Positions 63,854 through 64,000 of a stretch of 64,000 bases of DNA are shown piece after piece. Every line of letters starts with the position of its first letter. The stretch's first letter is position 1. Made by a program: the position numbers and the translations under genes. The DNA comes from Nitrospirota bacterium (GTDB lineage Bacteria > Nitrospirota > UBA9217). Where the stretch lies: the NCBI GenBank assembly GCA_963845065.1, contig CAWJQQ010000005.1, positions 1 to 64,000 on the forward strand, written 5' to 3'. Below the pieces are notes generated by a model, which did not search any database, had not been told where the DNA came from, and saw only the letters and a list, made by a program, of their open reading frames with translations.

Positions 63854-64000
63854 GATAATCGCCTCACAATAGATTACACCCCTCATTCGGCAGAAGTACC
63901 TCAAATCAAAGCGCGAACGAACGGTTGCTGTTTACTCTTTTTCCTTTCGGATATATAAAAGAACAAATTCGACCGCGATGATAACACCGTTCTCACGCTA

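Overview
Bacterial chromosomal window of about 50% GC. The gene content suggests an anaerobe such as a Nitrospirota or deltaproteobacterial-type organism, but this is an inference. Positions 1-12.1 kb are an accessory island abutting the 3' end of tRNA-Glu. It holds a frameshifted SWIM/SNF2 helicase, a decayed integron-like segment (attC sites, a possible intI remnant, a 16-bp palindrome array) carrying an EVE-like/DUF3883 nuclease cassette, HicAB and ParE-type toxin-antitoxin pairs, and a 950-aa RelE-like/UvrD/ankyrin fusion. It also holds an intact IS110-family element whose ends, circle-junction promoter and structured 3' RNA (candidate bridge RNA) can be read from the sequence. Positions 12.1-64 kb are mostly housekeeping and transport genes: tRNA-Gln/Glu, CBS-pyrophosphatase, K+ channel and NCS2 permease bracketed by two copies of a 128-bp hairpin element, an ACT/liv/paaK/iorAB/paaI aryl-acid cluster, a ThiI-like enzyme, a divergent RelA/SpoT-like nucleotidyltransferase, an AttEFGH-like ABC-lipocalin system, MFS, ABC and MdtABC efflux pumps, and several decayed signalling-gene remnants. 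All calls come from motif recognition by eye; no database searches were run.
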